Source: Hyphomicrobiales bacterium (GTDB lineage Bacteria; Pseudomonadota; Alphaproteobacteria; Rhizobiales; UBA4765). Taken from it: a stretch of DNA of 64,000 bases. Both the position numbers and the translations under genes were made by a program. Of the stretch, positions 1 through 9,476 are shown piece by piece (the first letter of the stretch is position 1; every line of letters begins with the position of its first letter). The notes under the pieces are model-generated. The model did not search any database, was not told where the DNA came from, and saw only the letters and a program-made list of their open reading frames with translations. The stretch covers positions 592,110-656,109 of the forward strand of contig OZ252015.1 in assembly GCA_965247525.1 (NCBI GenBank), in the 5' to 3' direction.

Positions 1-36
1 GATCGCTTGTTGCGCTTGCTGCTGGCCGACCAATAG
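1..36 (+). CDS. possible 3' end of an upstream CDS cut by the window edge (...DRLLRLLLADQ*)
   Basis: Frame 1 is open from nt 1 to TAG at 34-36 and is GC-rich like the housekeeping genes. Composition turns AT-rich immediately after it. Too short to identify. Confidence 0.25.
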   Translation, partial: DRLLRLLLADQ

Positions 37-80
37 CGGAATTAGATCAAAAGATTATTGAACATTTTCACGAAGGCAAA

Positions 81-1169
81 TTGCAAGTTGTCGATAAAGT
101 TGAAATGCATGAAGGCTTTGATTTAGTGCAAGATCAGCAAACCGTAATAATCGAATGTGACATCTATCTATCTGAAAAGAAAACATCAGTTAGAAAAAAT
201 TTAAGTATCATGCACATGTCCATGATGAGCGGTGTTAATGGATTAATATCAGCAATTAACGGCGCACCCTTTCTTTTAAACGGCAGCCAAATTCAGCATC
301 ACGCGACGCCTTTTCCATTCGTAGTTGGTCGCGAGCTTTTTTCGCCATTATATATTGGACAAACAGAAAAGCAGGAAATTTATATTTCTAAAAATTTCGG
401 TTCTTATGAAAATGTAATTGTTTTAGCAGGTCTTTCTGACAACTATTTTCATTTTCTATTTGATATTCTTGGTACATTGGCATTCATTAAACGAGAGATT
501 TGGGAAAAATCAAGATTCCTTATTTTTGGCGAAAGCTTAAAACCTTTTCAAAAAGATCTTTTGCGCCGCATCGGGATTGAAGATAATCGCGTTGACCTTG
601 CACCAAGAGGAAATCATTTTGTCTCTGTTCGCAACGCAACAGTAACGAGCTATCCAGCATCGCACACGGTAGCACATCCCGAGGTTGTTCGCTTTTTGCG
701 CGCTGAACTTTTACCTGTTGCTAAGTCAATAAAGCAGGGAAAGCGTGTTTACTTTGTACGCAAGAAGTCACGCGCATTTTCTTTATATGACCGAGGCAAA
801 ATCGATGCTTTGATGAAGCGTTATGGATTTATCTCATATGATCCGGCCACAATGACTATTCAAGAACAGATCGACGCAATATGTGATGCAGAAGTTATTG
901 CACTTGATGCGGGTGCCGCCGCAGCCAATCTCATCTTCGCATCGCAAAATGCTAAAGTCATTGTGATGGGAACTTCTGTTCTTGCTTTTTATGAAGCTTG
1001 GGGCTGCCTTTCTAATGTTCTTCAACTCGATTTAAGCTATGTGATGTCGCAAACTCGAATATCACCAAAATATTTACTCGTGTGGTGTGACTTCAAACCA
1101 AAAGCAGATATAAAAACCCTTGAAGTATGCTTAAGAGAGAAATGCGATGACGTTCGCCAAGCAAAATAA
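81..1169 (+). CDS. GT61/DUF563-like glycosyltransferase (capsule/LPS biosynthesis type)
   Basis: 362-aa ORF with a TTG start in the track (ATG alternative at 105). DNYFHFLFDILGTLAFI and the C-terminal GFISYDP..MTIQEQID....EVIALDAGAAAANLIFA resemble the DUF563/GT61 signature. The same frame has no stop back to nt 3, so the start is uncertain. Very AT-rich. Confidence 0.6.
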   Translation: MQVVDKVEMHEGFDLVQDQQTVIIECDIYLSEKKTSVRKNLSIMHMSMMSGVNGLISAINGAPFLLNGSQIQHHATPFPFVVGRELFSPLYIGQTEKQEIYISKNFGSYENVIVLAGLSDNYFHFLFDILGTLAFIKREIWEKSRFLIFGESLKPFQKDLLRRIGIEDNRVDLAPRGNHFVSVRNATVTSYPASHTVAHPEVVRFLRAELLPVAKSIKQGKRVYFVRKKSRAFSLYDRGKIDALMKRYGFISYDPATMTIQEQIDAICDAEVIALDAGAAAANLIFASQNAKVIVMGTSVLAFYEAWGCLSNVLQLDLSYVMSQTRISPKYLLVWCDFKPKADIKTLEVCLREKCDDVRQAK

Positions 1170-1195
1170 ATGTCGATTACAAAAGTGATGATATC

Positions 1196-2110
1196 ATGAG
1201 TTGGAAAAAACTTGGCTGTGTATTTAATTGTCAACAAATATCCAACTGGCAGAACAGTCATGCTTATGTTCCAACTACTCTGACCCTACCAGACCGAATA
1301 CGCGTTTACATCGCCTTTCGTGATGCAGAAAATATAGGGCGTATTGGCTTTGTTGATATTGATCTAGATAATCCAATGCGCGTTCTCGGTGTTTCGGAAA
1401 ATCCCTGCTTAGACATTGGGCCACTCGGCGCATTTGACGATAGTGGGATGACGCCTTTATCAGTTATAAAAAACGAGGATGAAATTTGGCTTTATTATGC
1501 CGGCTGGCATCTTTCCCAGACGGTGCGCTATCATCTTTTTACCGGCCTTGCCATCAGTTTGGATGGAGGAATAAATTTTAAAAGGCATAGCAATGTTCCT
1601 GTTCTTGACAGAACAGAACAAGCTTGGCTTGTGCGCTCTGGCGTGTGTGTTCTTAAAGATGGCGAAACATGGAAATGCTGGGGTGCGACTGGATCTGAAA
1701 TGATTGAAATTGATGGCAAAAAGATTCCGACCTATGACTGGAGTTACATCGAAAGCAAAGACGGTATTTCATGGCCTCCCCATCACAAGGTTGCGATATT
1801 TAAGGACATTGATCATGGCATTACCGGATATGGACGCTCTCATGTTTTCAAAGAAAATAATATTTATAAAGCGTGGATACCGGTGCGCACTTACAAAGGC
1901 TACCAAAGTATAGGCTATTCCGAGTCATCTGATGGCCTAAATTGGTCTGAGCTTGAATACAAAAATGGACTTTTTCCTTCAGTGGATGGGTTTGATTCAA
2001 AAGAAGTTTGTTTCCCCAACGTGTTCGATGTAGGAGCGCGCCGTTACATGGTCTATAATGGCAACGACTTCGGCAAAACAGGTTTCGGACTGGCGCTATG
2101 GCAGGACTGA
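1196..2110 (+). CDS. beta-propeller glycosidase/phosphorylase-like protein (GH32/43/130-like fold), family unresolved
   Basis: 304-aa ORF with recurring aromatic beta-strand motifs (IWLYYAGW, TWKCWGATG, YKAWIPV, YMVYNGND) typical of 5-bladed propeller carbohydrate enzymes. It sits between a GT and an ABC-2 exporter. Confidence 0.4.
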   Translation: MSWKKLGCVFNCQQISNWQNSHAYVPTTLTLPDRIRVYIAFRDAENIGRIGFVDIDLDNPMRVLGVSENPCLDIGPLGAFDDSGMTPLSVIKNEDEIWLYYAGWHLSQTVRYHLFTGLAISLDGGINFKRHSNVPVLDRTEQAWLVRSGVCVLKDGETWKCWGATGSEMIEIDGKKIPTYDWSYIESKDGISWPPHHKVAIFKDIDHGITGYGRSHVFKENNIYKAWIPVRTYKGYQSIGYSESSDGLNWSELEYKNGLFPSVDGFDSKEVCFPNVFDVGARRYMVYNGNDFGKTGFGLALWQD

Positions 2111-2952
2111 ACGTGCGTGGCACAGATTTAAAGCTTGATCGGAGCATTACTCCAAGGTCGCGTTTTAACGGAGCGGCTGAGGACCTTATTTGCGGGCTTG
2201 CTCTCTGGCACTCATGGGGTACCAAAGCCTGGTACGATATTATTTTACGCTATCGCCGCACTGTCATCGGTCCGTTTTGGATGGTGTTAACGACAGGTTT
2301 AATGATTGCTTGTCTATCCCTGATCGCACCGGCTTTGTTTGGCGGCGGCAATGCCAATTTTATACCTTATCTGACGATCGGCCTGATTAGCTGGAATTTT
2401 CTGTCCTTAAGCATAAGTGAACTTTCTGCGACATTTATCGAGCAAGGCAACGAAATACGCAATGTGCGTTTGCCCTTTTCAATTTATGTTTACAGAATTA
2501 TTCTTCGCAACATTATCAGTTATGCTCATCTTCTAACGCTGTATCTGATTGTTGCAATCTATTTTAAAATTTTTGCCTTGTCTTACATCCCGCTGTTTAT
2601 CGCTGGGCTTTTGCTCGTTGTTTTAAATTTTGTGTGGGTTGGCTTTGTTCTTGGTACACTTTGCGCGCGTTATCGTGACATTCAACAGGTTGTAGGCTCG
2701 GTCCTCACCATCGGCTTTCTTTTAACGCCGGTATTTTGGGACAAAACCCTTTTGCTTGGCACAGGTGCGCGCAGCCTGGTCGTACATCTCAACCCGTTGG
2801 CGCATATGCTTGAAATTTTGCGGGCGCCACTTCTTGCACAGGTTCCGTCTTGGGAGCATTACGCGTTTTTGATCGGCAGCGTTGTTTTAGGCTTTCTACT
2901 CATGGCATTTTTATATGCCAAAAAAATGCGCCGTGTGGTGTTGTGGATATGA
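2098..2952 (+). CDS. ABC-2 type polysaccharide/O-antigen export permease (Wzm/KpsM-like)
   Basis: 284 aa with about 6 hydrophobic helices. The N-terminal YRRTVIGPFWMVL motif matches ABC-2 permeases. Its stop overlaps the ATPase start (ATGA at 2949-2952). Confidence 0.75.
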   Translation: MAGLNVRGTDLKLDRSITPRSRFNGAAEDLICGLALWHSWGTKAWYDIILRYRRTVIGPFWMVLTTGLMIACLSLIAPALFGGGNANFIPYLTIGLISWNFLSLSISELSATFIEQGNEIRNVRLPFSIYVYRIILRNIISYAHLLTLYLIVAIYFKIFALSYIPLFIAGLLLVVLNFVWVGFVLGTLCARYRDIQQVVGSVLTIGFLLTPVFWDKTLLLGTGARSLVVHLNPLAHMLEILRAPLLAQVPSWEHYAFLIGSVVLGFLLMAFLYAKKMRRVVLWI

Positions 2953-3713
2953 CACCTGCATTGACGGTCGTTGCCGAGAACGTGTCACTCAGCTATCCGG
3001 TTTATGGCGGACCGCAAATGACACTGCGTGGAATGATAGCCGACCGGCTGTATTTCAAGGGTCGCGCAAAAACACCCAAACATGTGGCCGCCTTGAAAGA
3101 TATCAGCTTTGAAACGTTCAAGGGCGACCGCGTCGCATTGATCGGTCCCAATGGTGCAGGAAAATCTACCTTGTTGCGCCTTATCAGTGATATTTATCAA
3201 CCCGACTTAGGAAAACTCAATCATTTCGGTACTGTCCTTCCCCTTCTTGGTGCGCTACCGGGCATTAGCAGCGACGCCAGCGGTTATGAAAATATCAAAT
3301 TGGCTGTGTATTCGATCGGTCTGGCCCGCGACAGGCTTGCGGATGTCATTGCCGAGGTCGAGGAATTTTCCCAGCTGGGCGATTTCCTGTCGCTACCCCT
3401 CAAAACCTATTCGTCCGGTATGGTGGCACGCTTGTTTTTCGCTGTCCTGACATCGCTGACTGCGGATATTTTTGTGATGGATGAATTTTCTTTCGCAACT
3501 GGCGATGCTTCATTCAAGGAGCGCGCCCAAAAGCGCGCACGAAACCTTTTGGAGCGCGCAAGTACAGTGTTCATTGCAAGTCATGACAGTGATCTTTTAC
3601 GTAATACCTGTAACAAGGCGATCTATCTAAAAAATGGAACGCTGGCCGCATTCGGACCTTTCGAAGATGTTTTACGCGACTATGAAAAAGACATTGCTGC
3701 ACAGCATGGTTGA
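2949..3713 (+). CDS. polysaccharide export ABC transporter ATP-binding protein (Wzt/TagH/KpsT-like, short form)
   Basis: Walker A GPNGAGKST, signature YSSGMVARL, Walker B IFVMDE. Start chosen at the internal ATG coupled to the permease stop. No C-terminal glycan-binding extension. Confidence 0.85.
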   Translation: MTPALTVVAENVSLSYPVYGGPQMTLRGMIADRLYFKGRAKTPKHVAALKDISFETFKGDRVALIGPNGAGKSTLLRLISDIYQPDLGKLNHFGTVLPLLGALPGISSDASGYENIKLAVYSIGLARDRLADVIAEVEEFSQLGDFLSLPLKTYSSGMVARLFFAVLTSLTADIFVMDEFSFATGDASFKERAQKRARNLLERASTVFIASHDSDLLRNTCNKAIYLKNGTLAAFGPFEDVLRDYEKDIAAQHG

Positions 3714-4704
3714 TTTTGCTGAAAACAGCCCTTTGGTCAGCATTGTCATTCCAACTTACAATCAGGAAAATTTTATTGCCGAAGCAATCGGCGGTGCCTT
3801 GCGGCAGACTTACCGCAACCTTCAGATCATCGTTGCTGACGATGCTTCAATCGATGAAACGCTCAATCTGGCAAAAGATTTTGCATTGCGTGACACGCGC
3901 GTTGAAGTTCTTGAAACAACACAAAATCTGGGTATTACCAACAATGCCCGCCGCTGCGTGCCCTACATCAAAGGAAAATACGTCGTCTGGTTTGCCGGCG
4001 ACGATGTCATGTATCCGCAAAAAATCGCGCGGCAGGTTGAAGCGCTGGAAGGTGATAGCCGAGCTGCGCTGTGCTACCATAACACATCCGTTTTCGACAG
4101 CGCGCGCACTCAAGTCTTGTTCAGCTACAACGACTGGCTTATCGGCCAACGTGCTTTCGAGGGCGATATCGTCGCACCACTTCTGCTCTACAGATGTTTT
4201 ATTTCCGGCACATCTGCCATGGTTCGCGCCTCCTGCATGTGCCTGCATGATCCGCGCATTGCCGCGGCAAGCGACTGGCTGATGTTCATTGAAACAGCAC
4301 GACAAGGAGCGACGATCTATATACCGGAAATTCTCGGCGCGTATCGTCGGCACGCCGCAAATGTCACGGCGCGAAAACCATGCACGCGCGAGGAAATGCT
4401 GACCTATGACATTGTTGGTGCGCAAATGCCGCAGATGGAAAATGCCATTGCACGCGGCAAGGCACGCATGCTGCTAAATTACGGGTTCAAATATCTCTTG
4501 AAAGGCGACCTGAAAGCGTCGGCTGGATCGTTAATGGAAATGCTTATTTTAATAAGAGAAAAACCTGACATGTGTTTTTTCCTGATACGGTCATTCGGTG
4601 CAGCGTTTTTAAAAACAATATTGATGCCTTTATCGCCTTATTTTTTACGGCACCGACGCGCCAGCATGTATCTCAAGCGTTATCTTGACACATTAAAAGA
4701 ATGA
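3706..4704 (+). CDS. family 2 glycosyltransferase
   Basis: VSIVIPTYNQENFIAEAIGGALRQTYRNLQIIVADDASID is the classical GT2 N-terminal motif. The ATG at 3706 overlaps the ATPase stop by 8 nt. Confidence 0.85.
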   Translation: MVDFAENSPLVSIVIPTYNQENFIAEAIGGALRQTYRNLQIIVADDASIDETLNLAKDFALRDTRVEVLETTQNLGITNNARRCVPYIKGKYVVWFAGDDVMYPQKIARQVEALEGDSRAALCYHNTSVFDSARTQVLFSYNDWLIGQRAFEGDIVAPLLLYRCFISGTSAMVRASCMCLHDPRIAAASDWLMFIETARQGATIYIPEILGAYRRHAANVTARKPCTREEMLTYDIVGAQMPQMENAIARGKARMLLNYGFKYLLKGDLKASAGSLMEMLILIREKPDMCFFLIRSFGAAFLKTILMPLSPYFLRHRRASMYLKRYLDTLKE

Positions 4705-4737
4705 CCCCGAGACCAGATTTATCTCATCGGTAAAATT

Positions 4738-5877
4738 TTATGGCGCAACATTCATCAAACGAAGTTGTTCAAGCAGGCTGGCTGGGTCGATTGAAAAATC
4801 ATCGTGCACGGCAAATTTGTCCGTGACGGTGTAGGCACGCGGCCCCGCCAGATAAGATATATTAGCCTTGGCAATAGCTGCAAGATCGTCCCAGTAGGGA
4901 TATTTTTTATAAGGGTGGTCTGAATGAAGAACCAAAATTTTTGCTTGCGGCGCGCACCATAAAATGTTGGCAAAACTGGCGCTTGAAGGACCGACAATGA
5001 CAGATGCTCGCGAAAAGGCGGCCACTTGCTGGTCAATATTTAGGTCACCCATAGAAATGCCTTCAAACCCATACTCCCGCAGTCGGGTTTCTATTTCATC
5101 CTCATTTGTCAGCTTGCGGTAATTGCCGCCACGCTTGACGAAAAGTTTACGGCCATCTGGGCCAGCGCAGCTGTCGATAAAGGTTTGTAGAGACAGGCGC
5201 AGCTGCGCAAGAATACCCATCGGCAAATGGATGGTGCTACGGCTAGGCGGCTGCTCGTATGTATCGAGAATGCGCGAAATTTCAGAAGGATAGGTCAGTG
5301 CGCCGACACGGTACCAGCAAAGCCCGTTCAGTTTTACAACGGAGCGCTGTTTGTTTTTGATCATATCAAGAAGAGAATAAAGATTGGGGTGGAGGCCGTC
5401 GGTCACCAGCAGGGGAATTGTTGTGTCGGCAAGCAATGTCTCGGTTACGAACAGTCTCGGCAAAACCTCTACAATCCAGTGAAAATAATTGCTCTCATGT
5501 TCTTTCATTAAATGAACGCCGCATGCAATTTCATGCGGATTGACGGCATCGGTGATCAATAAAGTTTTGAGCCGGCGGCGGAGTATTGAAAGCGTACTGT
5601 TCTTGGGCGGCAATCCAAATGTTTCCCAAGACGAATAAATTTCATCGCTTAACGCTTTACCCGAGCGCGTAAGGATGAGGCCGCTGTTTGGCTTGACAAT
5701 GACATCCCTAAATGACGCCAGATATGGTTGAAGATAATCAACGCATGATGACTGATAAGGCGTGACAGCAATTTTGCGTGCACCCCACCGGCGTCTCTTA
5801 ACAAAACTGCTCGCCGATTTTAAGACCCAGCGCATCTTGCCAGCATGGACAGCGGGTAAATGCGGCGAAAACAGCAT
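4738..5877 (-). CDS. GT61/DUF563-like glycosyltransferase
   Basis: ESNYFHWIVEVLPRLF and the C-terminal GFEGISMGDL..DQQVAAFSRASVIVGPSSASFANILW match the DUF563 pattern. Start placed at the ATG 1 nt after the upstream BKACE stop; the track start is 5916. Confidence 0.65.
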   Translation of the reverse strand: MLFSPHLPAVHAGKMRWVLKSASSFVKRRRWGARKIAVTPYQSSCVDYLQPYLASFRDVIVKPNSGLILTRSGKALSDEIYSSWETFGLPPKNSTLSILRRRLKTLLITDAVNPHEIACGVHLMKEHESNYFHWIVEVLPRLFVTETLLADTTIPLLVTDGLHPNLYSLLDMIKNKQRSVVKLNGLCWYRVGALTYPSEISRILDTYEQPPSRSTIHLPMGILAQLRLSLQTFIDSCAGPDGRKLFVKRGGNYRKLTNEDEIETRLREYGFEGISMGDLNIDQQVAAFSRASVIVGPSSASFANILWCAPQAKILVLHSDHPYKKYPYWDDLAAIAKANISYLAGPRAYTVTDKFAVHDDFSIDPASLLEQLRLMNVAP

Positions 5878-5878
5878 A

Positions 5879-6736
5879 TTAAAAAGTATCGAGCCGGAGC
5901 ATCTGGCGCAGTTCAAGCGGTGTCATGACGCCGCGCCCATTCATGTCAGCAAAACCAATAGCCCGCTGAACAAGCTGCTCGTTGGTCGCGCAGGATGTGC
6001 CGTTCTGATCCAACCAAAGATTGTCTTCAAGGCCCGTGCGCACGCCATCTGCAACTATCGCGCCAAGTGCTGTCATGGACCGTTGTGTCCTGCCGGTTCC
6101 ACCCAGGCTGTAAAACGTGCCTTCAGGCAATGCCGAAATCACAGCGGAAATACTCAAAAGATCGGACTGTGCTGACGCAATGTTGCCAAAGATCAGATTG
6201 GCATAATGTGGCGGCTTGCAACCAAGTTTACTAATCAAATACGCCATGTAATTTGCCATGCCGAGATCAAAAATCTCAAATTCAGGGCAAATGCCCTTGT
6301 CGTGCATGGTTTCGATAAGCCGCAAAATCATATCGGGCGAATTGATGCTGGCTTGCTGTGAAAAATTGATGGAGGACGGGGTGAGAGACGCCATATCCGG
6401 CTTCAGGTCTCCGGTCAGCTGCAACACATCGGAGCGTTCCGCAAATGTGATATGGCTTCTGCCCGAACATGAAACGCAAATAAGAAGGTCTGACCTGTGC
6501 GTCCTGATACCTTCTATGATCTGCGCATAAATTTTCCGATCACAGCTTGGAAAGCCTTCCGCGCTTCGGGCGTGAAGATGCGCAATGGTGACACCAAGCT
6601 CGGCGGCGCGCAGCACATCTTTGACAATTTCTTTGGGCGTCAACGGGACATGCGCACTTATCGCACGCGTTGGCACCATGCCGGTGGGCGCAAGATTGAT
6701 GATCAAGGGCGCAGTCTTGGGCACGACCTTTGTCAT
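5879..6736 (-). CDS. beta-keto acid cleavage enzyme family protein (BKACE, DUF849; 3-keto-5-aminohexanoate cleavage enzyme-like)
   Basis: 285 aa. IINLAPTGMVP...PLTPKEI..DV..AAELGVTIAHLHAR, PDMASL, PEFEIFD and GVRTGLEDNLW follow the DUF849 TIM-barrel pattern. Confidence 0.75.
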   Translation of the reverse strand: MTKVVPKTAPLIINLAPTGMVPTRAISAHVPLTPKEIVKDVLRAAELGVTIAHLHARSAEGFPSCDRKIYAQIIEGIRTHRSDLLICVSCSGRSHITFAERSDVLQLTGDLKPDMASLTPSSINFSQQASINSPDMILRLIETMHDKGICPEFEIFDLGMANYMAYLISKLGCKPPHYANLIFGNIASAQSDLLSISAVISALPEGTFYSLGGTGRTQRSMTALGAIVADGVRTGLEDNLWLDQNGTSCATNEQLVQRAIGFADMNGRGVMTPLELRQMLRLDTF

Positions 6737-7407
6737 GAAACACTTACGCCATTGTAGCCGGCAATGCCGGATTTGGTGACTTTGGCGGGATGGCCCATGA
6801 CAAGCGTATTGGCCGGCACGTCCTCAACAACAACTGAACCGGCCGACACGACCGCGTTTTCGCCTATGAAAAGACCCGGCAGCACAACAGCGCCAGCGCC
6901 AATGACTGCGCCGCGTCCGACCGTGACATGGCCGGCGACTGTCACACCAGGGCCGATTGAGACGTAATCGTCCGCGATGAAATGATGGCCCAGTGAGGCT
7001 GATCTGTTGACAAAAACATGGCGGCCCAGCCGGCACACGCCACCAGCCGTGACCCCGCAATTCACATAGCTGCCTGTACCGGCTTCAAATGAGCTTGGCA
7101 CGATTGCGGTGGGATCTATCAGACAGGCAAAGTCGTTCGCACCGCGACTTTTCAGTTCTTTCAACGCATTTTGGCGGTGGCCCGGGGTAAACAGCGGAAC
7201 GGCAATAGGATGCGTAAAGAGTTCAGCGTCCACACTGTCGATGTAAATAGTGTCATCGCTTCTGGTTGAAAAATCATCGCCGTCTATGTTTTTGATGGTG
7301 GCAAGAATGGGAATCCCAAGCCGCATACATGTCTGCTCGACATCAACAATAATCGGCGAGCCGACACCATAGAGCACGACAGACAATAACGACGCGCTTA
7401 ATTGCAT
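6733..7407 (-). CDS. NeuD/PglD-family sugar O/N-acyltransferase (left-handed beta-helix, hexapeptide repeats)
   Basis: 224 aa. An N-terminal Rossmann-like VVLYGVGSPIIVDV is followed by hexapeptide repeats (IGPGVTVAGHVTVGRGAVIGAGAVVLPG..IGENAVVSAGSVV). It overlaps the BKACE start by 4 nt. Confidence 0.75.
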   Translation of the reverse strand: MQLSASLLSVVLYGVGSPIIVDVEQTCMRLGIPILATIKNIDGDDFSTRSDDTIYIDSVDAELFTHPIAVPLFTPGHRQNALKELKSRGANDFACLIDPTAIVPSSFEAGTGSYVNCGVTAGGVCRLGRHVFVNRSASLGHHFIADDYVSIGPGVTVAGHVTVGRGAVIGAGAVVLPGLFIGENAVVSAGSVVVEDVPANTLVMGHPAKVTKSGIAGYNGVSVS

Positions 7408-7424
7408 AACCCTTACTCAAAACA

Positions 7425-7500
7425 TGGTGGGTGATGTAGGGCTCGAACCTACGACCCGGTGATTAAGAGTCACCTGCTCTACCAACTGAGCTAATCACCC
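7425..7500 (-). tRNA. tRNA-Lys (anticodon CUU)
   Basis: The reverse complement folds as a 76-nt cloverleaf: GGGTGAT-TA-GCTC-AGTTGGTA-GAGC-A-GGTGA-CTCTTAA-TCACC-GGGTC-GTAGG-TTCGAGC-CCTAC-ATCACCC-A-CCA. The CCA is encoded. Confidence 0.95.
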
Positions 7501-7585
7501 CACGACATGTCTCATGCGCGAAAGCCCGCACGGCGTCAATGGTTCAAAAACCTGTCAGGCTTTGAGATTATTGAAGCTTTTTAGA

Positions 7586-8488
7586 CTATAATGTCATTGT
7601 CCCCTGGCTCACAACCACGGCCTGTCCGCCAATACGCGTGCCTGACAGCCGTCCCGCGCTGATTTCAACCTCCAGATTGATACGGCTTGGGCGACCCATT
7701 TCGACACCTTGTTCAACAGCATAGGTATGCATGCCGTCCGCAAGGCTTTCATATCTCGCCAGAGCGCCAGCAAATGCCGCAGCGCCAGCACCGGTTGCCG
7801 CATCTTCACGCAGCTCGCGGTCGATTGAGAACATGCGTGCCCGAAACTGAAAATCGCTTCCCTCAGGCAAGCGTGTATAGACATAGGCCGACGAGCCGAC
7901 ACTGTCCGTCCAGATGGGCGCCATCGGGCGCAGCCGATGCAGCGCATCGCGGTCGCGCACGGGAATGCAGACATATTCAACACCCGCCGAAAAACGCACA
8001 GGCTTGTGATTGTCAAACCCGATATCGGACGGCATCAAGCCAAGGGCAACGGCAAGGCGTTCGCGCGGCGGTGCTTTTGCGGTCTCTAACGCCAGTTTTG
8101 GTGCATCAAATTCGGCTGTGCTTGGAGAGGTCGGGCTGAGATTAACCCCGCAACGTATAATACCGATGTGCTCTTCAAGAACAATAATCGCCTCATGCTG
8201 GTTTTGCCGTGAATATTTTTGCTCCGCCAGAAGGATTGCAGCGCCGAGCGTTGGGTGACCTGAAAAAGGCACTTCGCGCGATGGCGTGAAAATACGAATG
8301 CGCGCCGTATGCACCGGATTATGCGGCGCTAAAACGAATACGGTTTCGGAAGGGCATATTTCGCGTGCAATGGCCTGCATTTCTTCCGTGTCCAGCTCGT
8401 CGGCATTATGGACGACCGCAAGCGAGTTTCCTGTCAAAACCTTATTGGTAAAAACGTCCAATATGTGAAATTCGAATTTGCGCATCAA
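7586..8488 (-). CDS. PhzF-family isomerase
   Basis: 300 aa. The N-terminus FHILDVFTNKVLTGNSLAVV and ...SETVFV... are typical of PhzF/YddE proteins. Confidence 0.8.
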   Translation of the reverse strand: MMRKFEFHILDVFTNKVLTGNSLAVVHNADELDTEEMQAIAREICPSETVFVLAPHNPVHTARIRIFTPSREVPFSGHPTLGAAILLAEQKYSRQNQHEAIIVLEEHIGIIRCGVNLSPTSPSTAEFDAPKLALETAKAPPRERLAVALGLMPSDIGFDNHKPVRFSAGVEYVCIPVRDRDALHRLRPMAPIWTDSVGSSAYVYTRLPEGSDFQFRARMFSIDRELREDAATGAGAAAFAGALARYESLADGMHTYAVEQGVEMGRPSRINLEVEISAGRLSGTRIGGQAVVVSQGTMTL

Positions 8489-8573
8489 TTTCCCCTCAAA
8501 GACATGGATTTTGTTATCTCAGAGCTAGCGGAAGCCTTGCGTCGCCGCAAGACAAGACTGTCGCGAGATATTT

Positions 8574-9476
8574 TCATCCTCGTATTTGTTGCAAAATTTC
8601 ATCCGCTGACATTTGCGGCCAGTGCTTCATCTGTGTCCGAAACCATGTGTCCTGTCGCTTGGAGTAATGGCGCGAGGCCAATATAGCAGCTTCACTCGCG
8701 TCATCGCGGGAAATATCCCCGCGAAGATGGCTTAAAAGCTCGGGAACGCCAATCGCTTTCATCACAGGCATGTCTGCAGCAAGCTTTCGCGCCGCCAGCG
8801 CCTGCACCTCTTCAATCGCTCCTTCATCGATCATTGCATTAAAGCGTTTTGTGATGTTCTTACTGCGTTGTTCGCGGTCGCTGCGCAAAACCACACAAAG
8901 CCAGTTGTCGGGGCTGATCAGCGGTTTGGATTTTTCCTTGTGCCAATCTTGAAGTGAACGGCCGGTTGCCTCAAAAACCTCCAAAGCCCGCACCAGTCTT
9001 TGCGTGTCATTGACTTGCAAGCGCAATGCCGTTTCAGGGTCAATTTCTTTTAACCGTGCATGCAGTACAGACGCTTCTATATCTTGCGCTTCATGCCGCC
9101 ATTTTTGCCGGATTGCATCAGGGATATCAGGAACAGGCGACAGTCCTTCAAAAAGCGTGCGAAAATAGAGCCCGGTTCCGCCTACTAAAATTGGCGTTTT
9201 AATGCGGGCGATTTCTGCGCTGGCCTGCTTTGCCCATTCCGCTGCTGAAAAAGCGCAAGCACCGTCGACATGGCCATATAAAATGTGGAGCGCGCTTGTC
9301 TCATCTTTTGAGGACGGGCGCGCGGTAAGAAGGCGAAGATCGGCATAAACCTGCGCGCTGTCGGCATTAATGATGCTGCCACCTGTCCGCTTTGCAAGTT
9401 CAAGAGCCAGCGCTGACTTGCCGGATGCAGTTGCGCCTGCAATAGCAATACCACAATAAGGAATTTGGCTTGTCAT
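8574..9476 (-). CDS. miaA: tRNA dimethylallyltransferase
   Basis: P-loop GATASGKSALALELA, then INADSAQVY, GGTGLYF and the characteristic central and C-terminal helices. Confidence 0.9.
   Translation of the reverse strand: MTSQIPYCGIAIAGATASGKSALALELAKRTGGSIINADSAQVYADLRLLTARPSSKDETSALHILYGHVDGACAFSAAEWAKQASAEIARIKTPILVGGTGLYFRTLFEGLSPVPDIPDAIRQKWRHEAQDIEASVLHARLKEIDPETALRLQVNDTQRLVRALEVFEATGRSLQDWHKEKSKPLISPDNWLCVVLRSDREQRSKNITKRFNAMIDEGAIEEVQALAARKLAADMPVMKAIGVPELLSHLRGDISRDDASEAAILASRHYSKRQDTWFRTQMKHWPQMSADEILQQIRG

Noticed and set aside
3-80. The frame of the first GT61-like gene remains open to the window start, suggesting a 5'-truncated larger gene
   Set aside because: A different frame gives a GC-rich ORF end (TAG at 34-36). 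The composition switch occurs right there, so the open frame is more likely chance in a short AT-rich stretch. It is kept only as a caveat on the start.
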